IMG/VR virus record: IMGVR_UViG_3300035670_000132
Span: 1 to 64,000 of that record
Source: a virus
DNA: 64,000 nucleotides
Direction: 5' to 3' (one strand)
Position 1 is the stretch's first letter, and every line of letters begins with the position of its first letter. Below, in pieces: positions 8,160 to 18,700 of this stretch. The notes below the pieces were generated by a model, which worked only from the letters and a program-made list of their open reading frames with translations, was not told the origin of the DNA and made no database searches. A program made the translations under genes and the position numbers.

Positions 8160-9482
8160 ATGCCAGCAGTCATTACAAACAAATTTAGAATCTACAATGC
8201 AATACAATTCGTAGATACTTTTTCAAAAGTAGACTACTCAACATATTTTTATTTGGGTGGAGTAATTCCTTATGCAGATGAACTGAATCCGCCAAGTCCA
8301 GGATCGACACCCGCAAACACTGACGTTGATCCATGGCTCAGTATGTTCGGCACAAAAAGAATTCAATCTGCTGACGTATCTCACGTATCTGACAGATTTA
8401 ACTGGACGTCAGGCGTAGTCTACGCTCAATATGATGATCAAGGAGAAGATGGCACCGACATTCTGGTTGATCAATTCCATGTTGTGACTGATGAATTGAA
8501 TGTTTACAAATGTCTGTTCAATAACGGTGGCACTCCATCAACAACGAAGCCAACAGGAACAGACGTAACGACAATTACAACTGCTGATGGCTACATCTGG
8601 AAATATATGTTCACCGTGTCAACTGCTGACGCTTTGAAGTTTTTGACTCCGAGTCATATTCCAGTAAAAGTTTTGACATCAGATGATGGCTCAAGACAAT
8701 GGCTAGTGCAAGAAGCTGCTGTTCCTGGATCTATTGACGTCATTCTAATCGAAAATGCTGGCTCTGGATATGAGACTGCGCCAACTGTTCAGGTTTTTGG
8801 TAATGGAACTGGACTTCAATTGACTGCAACAGTCAGTGGTGGTTCAGTAACATCTATAAACATTCTCAATAGAGGTTCTGGTTACTCTAAACTTGAGATT
8901 ACTCTTGTTGGAGGTGGTCCTGGTGGAACAACTCCAGCAAACCCAGCTTTAGTCAGAGCTATTATTCCTCCGCGCGGCGGGCATGGATCGGATCCAATTC
9001 GTGAGCTAGGTGGCGCATACGTCATCATGAACACTCGTCTAGACGGTTCAGAGTCTGAAACATTCACGACACGAAATGAATTCAGACAACTTGGAGTGAT
9101 AACCAATCCAACTACATACGGAACATCGACTGTAGCTACTGCACCAGTATACAGACAGACATATAAGTATCAATTGACTGGCGCAACAGGCATTTTTGAG
9201 CGTGACGAAACTATTGCATATGGCTCTAATACAGCAATCGTTGTTGACTTTGAAACTGTTGAAGGAAATACCTATCTATATACAACTGTACCAACACCTC
9301 AATTGTTTGACGTTGGTGTAAACTTGCAAGGGCAAACTAGCACAGCTAACGGAACTATTTTGACTATCGAAACTCCTGGTTTACAGCCATACTCTGGAGA
9401 TATTATTTACATCGAAAACAGAGTTTCTGTTGCTCGTGCTGACAGTCAAGTTGAAGATATCAAACTAATCGTAGAATTCTAA
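8160..9482 (+). CDS. gp8: baseplate wedge subunit gp8
   Basis: MPAVITNKFR, R.NWTSG..Y..YDD, VYKCL.NN.G..ST..P, DGY.WKYM.T, GGHG.D...ELG and C-terminal EDIKLIVEF. Confidence 0.9.
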   Translation: MPAVITNKFRIYNAIQFVDTFSKVDYSTYFYLGGVIPYADELNPPSPGSTPANTDVDPWLSMFGTKRIQSADVSHVSDRFNWTSGVVYAQYDDQGEDGTDILVDQFHVVTDELNVYKCLFNNGGTPSTTKPTGTDVTTITTADGYIWKYMFTVSTADALKFLTPSHIPVKVLTSDDGSRQWLVQEAAVPGSIDVILIENAGSGYETAPTVQVFGNGTGLQLTATVSGGSVTSINILNRGSGYSKLEITLVGGGPGGTTPANPALVRAIIPPRGGHGSDPIRELGGAYVIMNTRLDGSESETFTTRNEFRQLGVITNPTTYGTSTVATAPVYRQTYKYQLTGATGIFERDETIAYGSNTAIVVDFETVEGNTYLYTTVPTPQLFDVGVNLQGQTSTANGTILTIETPGLQPYSGDIIYIENRVSVARADSQVEDIKLIVEF

Positions 9483-9500
9483 AAGCATAAGGAAATTCAC

Positions 9501-12500
9501 ATGTCAAATCCAGGTGGCTTAGACTTCAATTCAACACCATATTATGATGATTACAATGAAGATGACAAATATGTTAGAATCTTGTTCAGACCTGGGCGTG
9601 CTGTCCAAGCTAGAGAACTAACTCAACTTCAAACGATCGTTCAAAAACAAATTGAACGATTCGGCAATTACTTCTTCAAAGAAGGAGCAGTAATTGACGG
9701 ATGTGAGCAAGGCTTGGACTTGAATCTTCCTTACATAAAACTGCAACCAACATATAACAGTGCAGAAGTCAATGTAGCATCTTTTCTAGAAAAGGAAATT
9801 GTAGGCTCTGAGACTGGTGTTACGGCTAAAGTCGGTATTGTTGCTGACATTGAAGGCACTGATCCAAAGACGCTTTATGTAAACTACACAGCATCAGGAA
9901 CTGGTGTTTTATCTGTAAATGCAATTCCATCAACGCTTGTTGTTGGCAATTCAATCGGCACAGCAAACGTAACTGCAACAATCAGATACTGGGACACATC
10001 TTTGCTGAAAATATTCGTGACAGATCCAGTTGGAGATTTTGAAGAATTGCTTGCAGCAGAAGAGCCAGTTGATGTCACTACACTTGACAACACTGGTGCT
10101 GGAATTACAATGAGTGTTGAAGCCGCTGTGGACTATCGCGAAGCAAAAGAATTTCAAAATTCAGAAACGATTTTCACAAAAGCATTGCCAGAAGGTTCTA
10201 GATCATACGCAACAAGTGCTACAACTGCCGCAACATCATTCACATCTGGTGGAAAAACATACAACAGGGCATCGAAAGTCACTGTTGGCGATGGCATCAT
10301 CTACGTCGCTGATCACTTCGTAAAACATAGCAATCAGACTATTTTACTTGACAAGTATTCAAATGAGCCAACATATAAGATTGGTGTAGTTCCATCAAAA
10401 GACACGGTAGATTACATTGAAAATGTTGAGCTAGTTGACAATGCTCAAGGTACGCCTAACTTCCAAGCTCCAGGTGCAGATAGATTCAAAATCGACACAA
10501 CATTGACTAAGATTGCAGTCAATGAAGACACTGCTGAGACAGAATTTATCACACTAATGGAAGTAGAAGCCGGCTCAATCAAGAAGAGAAAAACATTCGG
10601 CATCGAAAGCAAGATCGAAGAAGTCATTTCTAGAAGAACATACGAAGAGTCTGGCGATTATACGCTCTCAAATCCAAAAATCAGCATTCGCGAACACTTG
10701 ATTCAGGGCGAAAACGGTGGTAGATATTCTCTAGCTGACGGCGGAAACACAAATCTTCTATTACTAGAAGTAGATCCTTTCGTTGCATACGTCAAAGGCT
10801 TTAGAAGCGAGTTCATCTCAAAGCAATCTATCGAGCTAGAGAAGGGCTTAGACGTTCAGTACGTAGATCAAAACAAAACTCAAGTCAACTACGGCAACTA
10901 CGTTCAAGTCAACGAATTCATTGGATCATGGGACTTGATGCAGTCTACAAGAATTTCTCTATATTCTACTGCATTTGATAGTATTACTGCAAGAACTTTC
11001 TCTGCAACTACAGTAAACTCAGCAAATAAAATCGGCGAAGCTAGAGTTCGCTCAATTGACTATGTGAGTGGTGTTCCAGGCACACCATCTTGCGTTTACA
11101 ATCTATTCTTGTTTGATGTTCAAATGAATGCTGGTCATTCATTTGAAGAAGTTCGTGGCATATATGATTCTCCAGCAAGATATGCGGACATCGTTCTCGA
11201 TGAAAACGGAAACGCAGTTCTTCGTGAATCTTCATTCAATAATGTAATTTTTGAATTGCCATACGATGCAATCAGAGGTCTTCGTGATATTGACAACGAT
11301 ATTCAGTCTGGTTTTACTTTCAGAAAAGAATTCGACATCAACTTCAACTCAGGAACAGCTACTGTTACTTCTGGCGACAATAACGAATCTTTCGTTGGCA
11401 CTGGACTACTATCAGACACTCAGAAAAACGAAAACTACTTTATTTTCCCAACAACTGATGTTGACTGCGCTAACGTAGACGGAACAATCAGCATCAGCAA
11501 TGGATCATCTACAGTCGGTGGATCTTCAACAACATTCGTTGATGATTTTGAAGTTGGTGATTTTATTCGCCTTGGCACAGAAATTCATAGAATATCTGTT
11601 ATCACAAACAACACATCATTGACAATTGCAGACACATACGGTGGAACTAATCTAAGCTCAGAAAATGTGAATCTAGTTTTGCCAGCTTATCTTCCAATCA
11701 GAATGACTGGTCGTGGAAGCAATGGATCTACATCAGATCGTGCTATTACTGTCACTATTCCTGGCAGCACTAGCATGACAATCGAAATTAGAGAGACTGC
11801 GCCAGCATTCCAAGCTAAATTGATTGCAACTTTGAACAGATCAAACGCTAGAGAGATGAAAAAAACTCTCTATGCAAATCAAACTGTCCAAATTCAAGCT
11901 AATACACATCCTAATGGATTGTCTGGACCATATTCGTTGGGCAAATCTGACATATATCGTATCAAAGCAATCTACGAAAGTACAAGTTTTGATATTCCAG
12001 CTACAAGTGCTAACACGGATGTTACTGGTCTATACACTTTTGATAACGGTCAGCGCGACAACACATATGAAAACGGTAAAATTACACCAAAACTTGGCGT
12101 AGTTCCAACTGGAGCGCTTCAAGTCGTCTTTGACTACTTCACGCACGACATCACTCAAGGTTTGGGCTACATGTCTGTCGATTCTTATCCAATTGACGAT
12201 GTGAATGAGACATCAACGACAATCAATACGTCAGAAATACCAGTTTATATCAGTCGCACAAGCGGTTATGCATACAATCTAAGAAACTGTCTAGACTTCA
12301 GACTCAGAAAAACAGATTCTACAGCAGCAACTAATCCTCCAGACAGCGATGTGTTTCAGATTCCTGTTGGCGGATTGCACAATCCAGTGCCATTCTCTGA
12401 CTTTGACTCTAGCTTATCGCTATACAAGGGCAGAAATGCTCGTCTATTCTTGACAGACAGAGGTGAATTCGGTGTCGTCAACGGAAGCCCAGGCTATCCT

Positions 12501-15500
12501 TCTCCACAAATTCCAACTTCTATTCCGGGAACACTCGATCTAGCAATCGTCAGCATTCCTGCATATCCTTCTGAGCCAAAGAACGTTGTTATTGAGCCAC
12601 AGAAGAATCGTAGATACACAATGCGTGACATTGGCAAGATTGAAGATCGTGTCAATAGACTAGAATACTACACTTCTTTGAATTTGCTAGAGAAGCAAGC
12701 GGCAGAGACATCAATCGTCGATGAAAATGGTATTGATCGTTTCAAGAACGGTATTCTAGTTGATCCATTCATCGGATATAACGTAGCAGACGTAAATGCT
12801 GAAGACATTCAGACATCAGTCAACAGACAAGAAAAGTTTGCTACAACTAAAATTGATTTGAATCAAGTGCCAATGCAGTTTGATGCTGCACTATCAACTG
12901 GCGTAACTCGCAACACTGGCAACAAAGTCACTCTTTCATACTCAACAGAAGTATTCTCAGAGAATCCATATGCATCATCTGCCATCAATCTAACTCAAGA
13001 CTTGAGCTACGATTGGACTGGCGTGATGACAATGTATCCAACTACAGATAACTGGATGGAACTAGTAAACTATCCAGGAAAGAATCTCGTTGTCGATCTT
13101 GAAGGCAACGCAGACAACTGGCGTCAACTCACTGACGCATGGGAATCTGAACACGATTCTTGGGAAACTCGTTGGCTTGGCGTTCCTGTTCTTCAAGAAG
13201 CTGCGAAAGCTAAGTTTCCAGTAGGAAGAATCTATGACGTCTCAGCAGATCGTCAATATGATGACATCAGCGCTAACATCAAAGTAGGACCAACAGAACT
13301 TCAGTCAGAGACGAGAGTCGTTGACGTTTCAGTGAATCACTACATGAGAAGCAGAGATTTCATCTTCTCGGTGTCTGGACTAAAGCCATTTTCAAAGCTA
13401 TATGCATTCGTCGATGGCGTCAACGTCTCATCTAACTGCAAGTCAATCACTCTAGCAAGTGGAAAAACAATCAATGATGTATTCAATCTGATTGATTCTG
13501 ATGGCTTCGTTGCAACTGATGCGCTCACATACACTTCAGGAAACACTGGCGTTCTTTTCGCAAGTTCAACTGGTGAGATAAACGGCATTTTCACTCTACC
13601 AGAACAGACGTTCTTTGTCGGCCAGCGCGAATTCAAACTGTCTGATGATGCTCAGAACAGCGAAACGTCAGCTACTACCACAGCAAAAGCACTAATTGTT
13701 GCGCAAGGCATTTCTGAGATTGCATCAACAAGCGTATTGAACACAAGACCAGCCAACATCAATTTTGCGTCTGCGATTGAAAAGACTGCTGTCCAAAAGC
13801 AATCATCAACTGCTGGTGCTGCGATTAGAAACCCACTAAGTCAGAGTTTCATTGTTGACGATGTGAACTATCCTTACGGCGTCTTCGTATCATCAATTGA
13901 CGTATTCTTCAAGTCGAAGTCAACAACTGGCACAGATAAAGTCTACATGCAGATTCGTGAAATGGAGAATGGTCTTCCAACTCGCAAAGCAATCGGTGAC
14001 GCAATCGCTGCTGTCAGTGCATCGGCTATCACAACAAGCGAAGACGGAACTTCAGCGACTACGTTCACTTTCAGTAATCCAATCTACTTGACTGCTGGTA
14101 ATGAATATTGCTTCTCACTAATTCCAGAAGGAAATAGAGACAACTTTGAAGTCTGGATCGCTGAACTAGGCGCAATCGATTTGTCAAGCACATATAATCA
14201 GCCAAGAATTGAAAAGCAGCCAGCCGCTGGCACATTGTTTACTTCTTCTAACGATTATACATGGTCAGTTCGTCAAACTCAAGATTTGAAGTATACTATC
14301 AAAGTAGCAACTTTCACTGAAAATGCGACTTCATATGCATACTTGACGAATAAGAGTTTTGATGCAGACTTGAATTACACAAGTATTGTTCCTAACATTG
14401 CTCAAATCAGACCAGATAATACTGAAATCTCACTGAGCGTTAGAACAGCAGATTCGACATCTATTCTATACGAATATATTGATGTTGATAATCTAGAGCT
14501 TGTCAATTTAAATTCTCAGAAAACTATCGTCGATTCTGCTCAAGAAGTTTCTGATGAAATCAAATCATTGACATATCGTGTCACTATGCAGACACAAAAC
14601 AAGTATGTGACACCAGTTATTGATCTTGAGCGAGTTCAGACGATTGTATATAATAATGCAATCAACTATGACACATTTATCTCTCTTGATGGATTAGTTT
14701 CTTACTCATCAGGAGCAAACACAGTAACTGGCATTGGAACAAGTTTTACTCTTGATCTAGATACTGGCGAATATGTCAAGTTCGGAGATCAGTATCGTCA
14801 GATTCTATCAATATCAAGCAATACTTCGTTGACTGTCGCGACTGATTTCTCTGTCAGTGCGTCAAATGTTGCATACACATCTTCAAACGAAGAGAATCCA
14901 GACGGACCTTATGCGTCTTTGTCAAGATATATCACTCGCAGAGTCGAACTAGCTGACGGATTCGAAGCTAATGATCTAGTAGTTTACTTGGATGTCAATC
15001 GCCCAGTCGGAACTGACGTCAAAGTCTATTACAAGATTTTGAATGACTCTGATAGCGACTCATTTGATACTAAGTTCTATCAAGAAATGAGCCTTGAAGG
15101 TCAGCGCTTATTCAACGATGATCAGTCTAAGTATGTTGCAGAGAAATATGTTGTTCCTAACAGCATCAAGTCTGGTGGATCAAATCTACTATCTGGAACA
15201 GTAGATATAAGCACTTCATCAACTACTGTGACTGGAACATCAACACGATTCTTAGAACAACTTAGAATTGGAGACACAATTCGTGTAGATTCAGATTATC
15301 GTGTCGTTACTGCAATCGCAAATAATACTTCATTGACTGTTGATAGTAATTTCAGCGTAACTGCATTAGACAAAGAAATGTATAAGATGCTTTATAACGC
15401 AATTGTTTATACTACTCCAGATAATCGCACATATTCGGGATATAAATACTTTGCGATAAAGATCGTGTTCTTGTCTAACAATGTCGCTGTAGCGCCGAGA

Positions 15501-15533
15501 GTGAAAAAATTGAAAGCATTAGCATTGACATAA
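9501..15533 (+). CDS. large virion structural protein (DUF4815/VrlC-like)
   Basis: N-terminal PYYDDY....YVRILFRPGRAVQARELTQLQ, APGADR, RRTYEESGDY, RYTMRDIG..E.R...LEYYTSL.LLE; 2010 aa. Confidence 0.85.
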   Translation: MSNPGGLDFNSTPYYDDYNEDDKYVRILFRPGRAVQARELTQLQTIVQKQIERFGNYFFKEGAVIDGCEQGLDLNLPYIKLQPTYNSAEVNVASFLEKEIVGSETGVTAKVGIVADIEGTDPKTLYVNYTASGTGVLSVNAIPSTLVVGNSIGTANVTATIRYWDTSLLKIFVTDPVGDFEELLAAEEPVDVTTLDNTGAGITMSVEAAVDYREAKEFQNSETIFTKALPEGSRSYATSATTAATSFTSGGKTYNRASKVTVGDGIIYVADHFVKHSNQTILLDKYSNEPTYKIGVVPSKDTVDYIENVELVDNAQGTPNFQAPGADRFKIDTTLTKIAVNEDTAETEFITLMEVEAGSIKKRKTFGIESKIEEVISRRTYEESGDYTLSNPKISIREHLIQGENGGRYSLADGGNTNLLLLEVDPFVAYVKGFRSEFISKQSIELEKGLDVQYVDQNKTQVNYGNYVQVNEFIGSWDLMQSTRISLYSTAFDSITARTFSATTVNSANKIGEARVRSIDYVSGVPGTPSCVYNLFLFDVQMNAGHSFEEVRGIYDSPARYADIVLDENGNAVLRESSFNNVIFELPYDAIRGLRDIDNDIQSGFTFRKEFDINFNSGTATVTSGDNNESFVGTGLLSDTQKNENYFIFPTTDVDCANVDGTISISNGSSTVGGSSTTFVDDFEVGDFIRLGTEIHRISVITNNTSLTIADTYGGTNLSSENVNLVLPAYLPIRMTGRGSNGSTSDRAITVTIPGSTSMTIEIRETAPAFQAKLIATLNRSNAREMKKTLYANQTVQIQANTHPNGLSGPYSLGKSDIYRIKAIYESTSFDIPATSANTDVTGLYTFDNGQRDNTYENGKITPKLGVVPTGALQVVFDYFTHDITQGLGYMSVDSYPIDDVNETSTTINTSEIPVYISRTSGYAYNLRNCLDFRLRKTDSTAATNPPDSDVFQIPVGGLHNPVPFSDFDSSLSLYKGRNARLFLTDRGEFGVVNGSPGYPSPQIPTSIPGTLDLAIVSIPAYPSEPKNVVIEPQKNRRYTMRDIGKIEDRVNRLEYYTSLNLLEKQAAETSIVDENGIDRFKNGILVDPFIGYNVADVNAEDIQTSVNRQEKFATTKIDLNQVPMQFDAALSTGVTRNTGNKVTLSYSTEVFSENPYASSAINLTQDLSYDWTGVMTMYPTTDNWMELVNYPGKNLVVDLEGNADNWRQLTDAWESEHDSWETRWLGVPVLQEAAKAKFPVGRIYDVSADRQYDDISANIKVGPTELQSETRVVDVSVNHYMRSRDFIFSVSGLKPFSKLYAFVDGVNVSSNCKSITLASGKTINDVFNLIDSDGFVATDALTYTSGNTGVLFASSTGEINGIFTLPEQTFFVGQREFKLSDDAQNSETSATTTAKALIVAQGISEIASTSVLNTRPANINFASAIEKTAVQKQSSTAGAAIRNPLSQSFIVDDVNYPYGVFVSSIDVFFKSKSTTGTDKVYMQIREMENGLPTRKAIGDAIAAVSASAITTSEDGTSATTFTFSNPIYLTAGNEYCFSLIPEGNRDNFEVWIAELGAIDLSSTYNQPRIEKQPAAGTLFTSSNDYTWSVRQTQDLKYTIKVATFTENATSYAYLTNKSFDADLNYTSIVPNIAQIRPDNTEISLSVRTADSTSILYEYIDVDNLELVNLNSQKTIVDSAQEVSDEIKSLTYRVTMQTQNKYVTPVIDLERVQTIVYNNAINYDTFISLDGLVSYSSGANTVTGIGTSFTLDLDTGEYVKFGDQYRQILSISSNTSLTVATDFSVSASNVAYTSSNEENPDGPYASLSRYITRRVELADGFEANDLVVYLDVNRPVGTDVKVYYKILNDSDSDSFDTKFYQEMSLEGQRLFNDDQSKYVAEKYVVPNSIKSGGSNLLSGTVDISTSSTTVTGTSTRFLEQLRIGDTIRVDSDYRVVTAIANNTSLTVDSNFSVTALDKEMYKMLYNAIVYTTPDNRTYSGYKYFAIKIVFLSNNVAVAPRVKKLKALALT

Positions 15534-15537
15534 TACC

Positions 15538-15777
15538 ATGCAATCAAGCGTAAAACTGAAAGAAACAAAGAACGGTTTATCTGAAAGAGATTTACACTCA
15601 AAAGCGATACTGAACACGGATAACTCATTACTACTCAAGTATAAAATTCAGAAAAGTAGACAGATGAACGTTCAGAACAATTCGACTGAAATTGAGAGAT
15701 TGAAATCAGAATTTCAATCTCTCAAGAGTGAAATCTCAGAAATCAAACAAATTCTTCTTCAAATAGCAAGCAGGTAA
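15538..15777 (+). CDS. small coiled-coil virion-associated protein
   Basis: RD..SKAILNTD motif followed by heptad repeats; tight packing with neighbours. Confidence 0.7.
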   Translation: MQSSVKLKETKNGLSERDLHSKAILNTDNSLLLKYKIQKSRQMNVQNNSTEIERLKSEFQSLKSEISEIKQILLQIASR

Positions 15778-15783
15778 TAAGAT

Positions 15784-18700
15784 ATGCCAATAATCAATGT
15801 TGAGTTAGCTAACACATTCAATGAATTCAGAAACACGACTAACGAAGTTATCGCTAGAGTAAATGAATTTGAGAGTGGTATTGCTACGGCAAATATCAAT
15901 CTTGTCAATGCAAATACAATAGTAACTAATTCTGAGGTTCAGTCTAACGTATTCACGACAAGTGCAAATACTCACAGCTTGACACTTAGCACAAACAGTG
16001 GCGCAAATACTGGTTATATTTTGATTGAGCCAAACGACAATGGAAACGTTGTCATCGTCGCTAACGGAACTGGCACACTTTTTCTTGACACATCAACAGT
16101 GGTTGCTGGTAATAGTTTTATTGACACAACTATTACGTCCAACGGCGCACAAGATTTGATTCTCAGCACAAACACTGGAACAAACTCTGGATTCATTCGC
16201 ATCTACGATGGCGCAAATGGAAACGTTGTAGTAGAAACTAACGGCACTGGTGATGTTCAACTTAACGCAGATACTCTTCGTGTTGGTGATCTAAACTCAG
16301 ATTCTACTATCACAACTAGAGGAACTGGCGACATCATCATCAATACGAACGAGGGCACAAACACGGGCTTTATTCGCATTTACGATGGCGCTGATGGTCA
16401 CATCGTTGTAGAGCCAAACGGCGCTGGCGATGTTCAACTCAACACAGACACTGTTCGTATTGGATCTAGCAACGAAGACGTTGTTGTCACGACAAATGGA
16501 ACTGGCGACATCACAATTAGCACTAACTCTGGCACTAACTCTGGCACAATAAAAATATTCGACGGCGCTAGTGGAAACGTTGACGTAACACCAAGTGGCA
16601 CAGGTAGAACTAATGTAAAGAATGTCACTACTGGAAATCAAATTATTTCTACTGTAGCGACTGGTACTGCACCACTATCAGTAGCGTCTACAACTGCTGT
16701 AACTAATCTAAATGCAGACAAGGTTGACGGCATAGATGTTGCAACACCATCAGCCGCGGGCGGTATTGTCTATGCGTCAACAACTTCAGAGCTTTCAACT
16801 TCTGCTGCCGGCACTGCTGGTCAAGCAGTCATTTCTGGCGGAACTGGTGCGCCAACATTCCAATCAGTTTCAACGTCGAACGGAGCGTCAACGATTGTAG
16901 CCCGTGACGCTAACGGTGACTTTGCATCACGTAACGTTACTGTATCAAATATTATTGGTAATGGTTCTCAACTAACAAACTTGAATGGATCCAACGTAGC
17001 TACTGGAACTGTTCCTAACGCAAGAACAACTGGCTCATCAGCTAACGGAGCATCAACTCTAGTTCTTCGCGACGCAACTGGATCATTTGCTGCAAACGTT
17101 GTCACAGCGACTACTATTGCAGCAAGCGGATTTGCTGGAGACGGTTCTGGTCTAAACAGCCTAAACGCATCAAATATTGCAACGGGAACAATAGAAAACG
17201 CAAGAACAACTGCTTCATCATCTAACGGAGCATCAACTCTAGTTCTTCGCGATGCAACTGGATCATTCGCAGCAAACGTTGTCAGTGCAGTAAACGTAGC
17301 TACTACAGAATTTTCTACTACTAATGCTAGCGCGACAAATCTAACTGCAACTAATATTTCTGGCAGTGGCGCAGGCATAACTAGCTTGAATGGTTCTAAT
17401 ATAGCATCAGGAACAGTGCCTAATGCTAGAACAACAGGAACAGCAGCTAACAGCCCAAACACTCTAGTTCTAAGAGATTCTGCTGGATCTTTCAACGCAA
17501 ACGTTGGAGCATTCAATACAGTCACTGGTGTCGGCTCTGGTCTAACGTCACTGAATGCTTCAAGCATAACTTTGGGCACAATATCTAACGATAAAACTAC
17601 AGCCAACACTCAGAATAGTTCTAGTACAATAGTTCTTCGTGATGCTAATGGATCATTTTCTGCAAATGTCATAACATCACAATACATTTCTGCTAACGGA
17701 GCATTACTGAGTTCTCTAAATGCGTCTAGTATTAGTTTTGGCACGATACCAAATAGTGTAACAACGGCTAACACATCAAACAGTGCGAGTACAATTGTTC
17801 TTCGCGATACTAACGGCGACTTTAGTTCACGAAGAATTACATCAACTATTGCATCGGGAACATCTCCATTCGTAGTAACTTCTACAACTGTTGTTTCAAA
17901 CTTGAACGCAGACAAGGTTGACGGAAAAGATGTAGGCACACTCTCTGCTGCTGGTGGTATTGTTTACGCATCATCTACTACAGCACTAGCTGGAACTGCT
18001 GCTGGCACTGCTGGACAAGCTGTTATCTCTGGTGGAGCAAGTGCGCCAACATTTCAGACAGTCGCTTCTGCAAACGGAGCTTCAACAATTGTAGCTCGTG
18101 ATGCAGATGGATCATTCAGTGCTAATGTCGGCAATTTCAATGTTCTAACTATTTCAACTGGCATTGGTGGAGATGGATCAGCATTATCAAATTTGAATGC
18201 TGCTAACATTACAATAGGAACAATCGAAAATACAAGAACGACTGGGTCTTCATCTAACGGAGCTAACACTCTAGTTCTTCGCGATGCTAACGGCGATTTT
18301 AGCGCACGTAGAATTACATCAACGATTGCATCGGGAACATCTCCATTTGTCGTCACATCAACTACTGCTGTCACTAATTTGAACGCAGACTTACTTGATG
18401 GTCAACACGGTTCTTACTATCTAGACTGGACAAACACAACAAACAAACCAGATCCTGTCGTTACTGTAACTTTGACTGGAGATGTTGCTGGAAGTGCAAA
18501 CACTACACTAACCGATCTTGCGAGTGGTACAATTTCTATTGCGACGACAATTCAAGCGAATTCTGTGGCTTTGGGAACAGACACAACTGGAAATTACGTT
18601 GCAACAATTGCAGCAGCAACGCCAGGATCACAATCTGGAACTTCTGGTCTAACAATATCAGCAACTGCCGGTGAAGGCACAGCAGCAACTATTGCTCACG

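Noticed and set aside
16968-18374. Long minus-strand ORFs (213, 109, 106 aa)
   Set aside because: Antisense shadows of the repetitive fibre gene with no recognisable motifs.
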